From the NCBI GenBank assembly GCA_010015585.1, contig ML975158.1: DNA of 34,473 bases. One strand, 5' to 3'. A program made the translations under genes and the position numbers. A model generated the notes under the pieces. That model saw nothing but the letters and a program-made list of their open reading frames with translations, did not search any database and was not told the DNA's origin. This DNA comes from Eremomyces bilateralis CBS 781.70 (lineage: Eukaryota). Below are positions 34,325 to 34,473 of this stretch, in pieces. Position 1 is the first letter of the stretch; each line of letters starts with the position of its first letter.

Positions 34325-34473
34325 CGTCAGCTTAACATCGCTCCAGCTTCCGCCGGAGGGCTTCCAGAGGAATGTTTCTTGCGACTTCGAAAGACCTGTT
34401 TAAACTGGCGGAGGTCGTTTTGGAGGCTGCGTGCTATCCCATCGCTAATGCCCATATCTCTCGCCTGCCTATA
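34325..34473 (-). CDS. C-terminal end of a convergent ORF, probably a second gene of the transposon
   Basis: The minus frame reads RQARDMGISDGIARSLQNDLRQFKQVFRSRKK...AMLS* from the window edge. Confidence 0.4.

Larger units (their letters stand above)
32861..34473 (+). mobile_element. Ant1-like IS630/Tc1 element, running off the right edge
   Basis: Contains a DD34E transposase pseudogene and a convergent ORF end. The left boundary is inferred from where the host fragment stops; no TIR could be confirmed. Confidence 0.7.

Noticed and set aside
1..34473. Starship giant element
   Set aside because: No DUF3435 captain recombinase or boundary is visible in the window. It cannot be excluded at larger scale.

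Overview
This is fungal (filamentous ascomycete) genomic DNA with short GT-AG introns, CTAAC/CTGAC branch sites and RIP-like C-to-T damage. It looks like a transposon-dense accessory region and contains two assembly gaps. Three host genes appear intact: an acyltransferase-3 membrane O-acyltransferase, a 4-exon MFS sugar porter, and an 8-exon gene that splices a MARVEL-like 4-TM domain onto a DUF3712-like domain. Damaged host genes include a PTH11-like receptor, a secreted-protein pseudogene and a head-to-head pair. That pair is a subgroup-C (killer-toxin-like) GH18 chitinase with a NucA/NucB-like C-terminal motif plus a probable LysM-effector-family gene, and one deletion has removed the 5' halves of both. 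Mobile DNA comprises three Tc1/IS630-type elements (one is DD38E with an unexpected 3-bp CTC target duplication), two pogo/Fot1 fragments, a Gypsy LTR-gag relic, solo or chimeric LTRs, a probable CMC (CACTA/Mirage-like) element fragment, a non-autonomous hAT element and a MITE. All family assignments come from motif recognition by eye, not from database searches.
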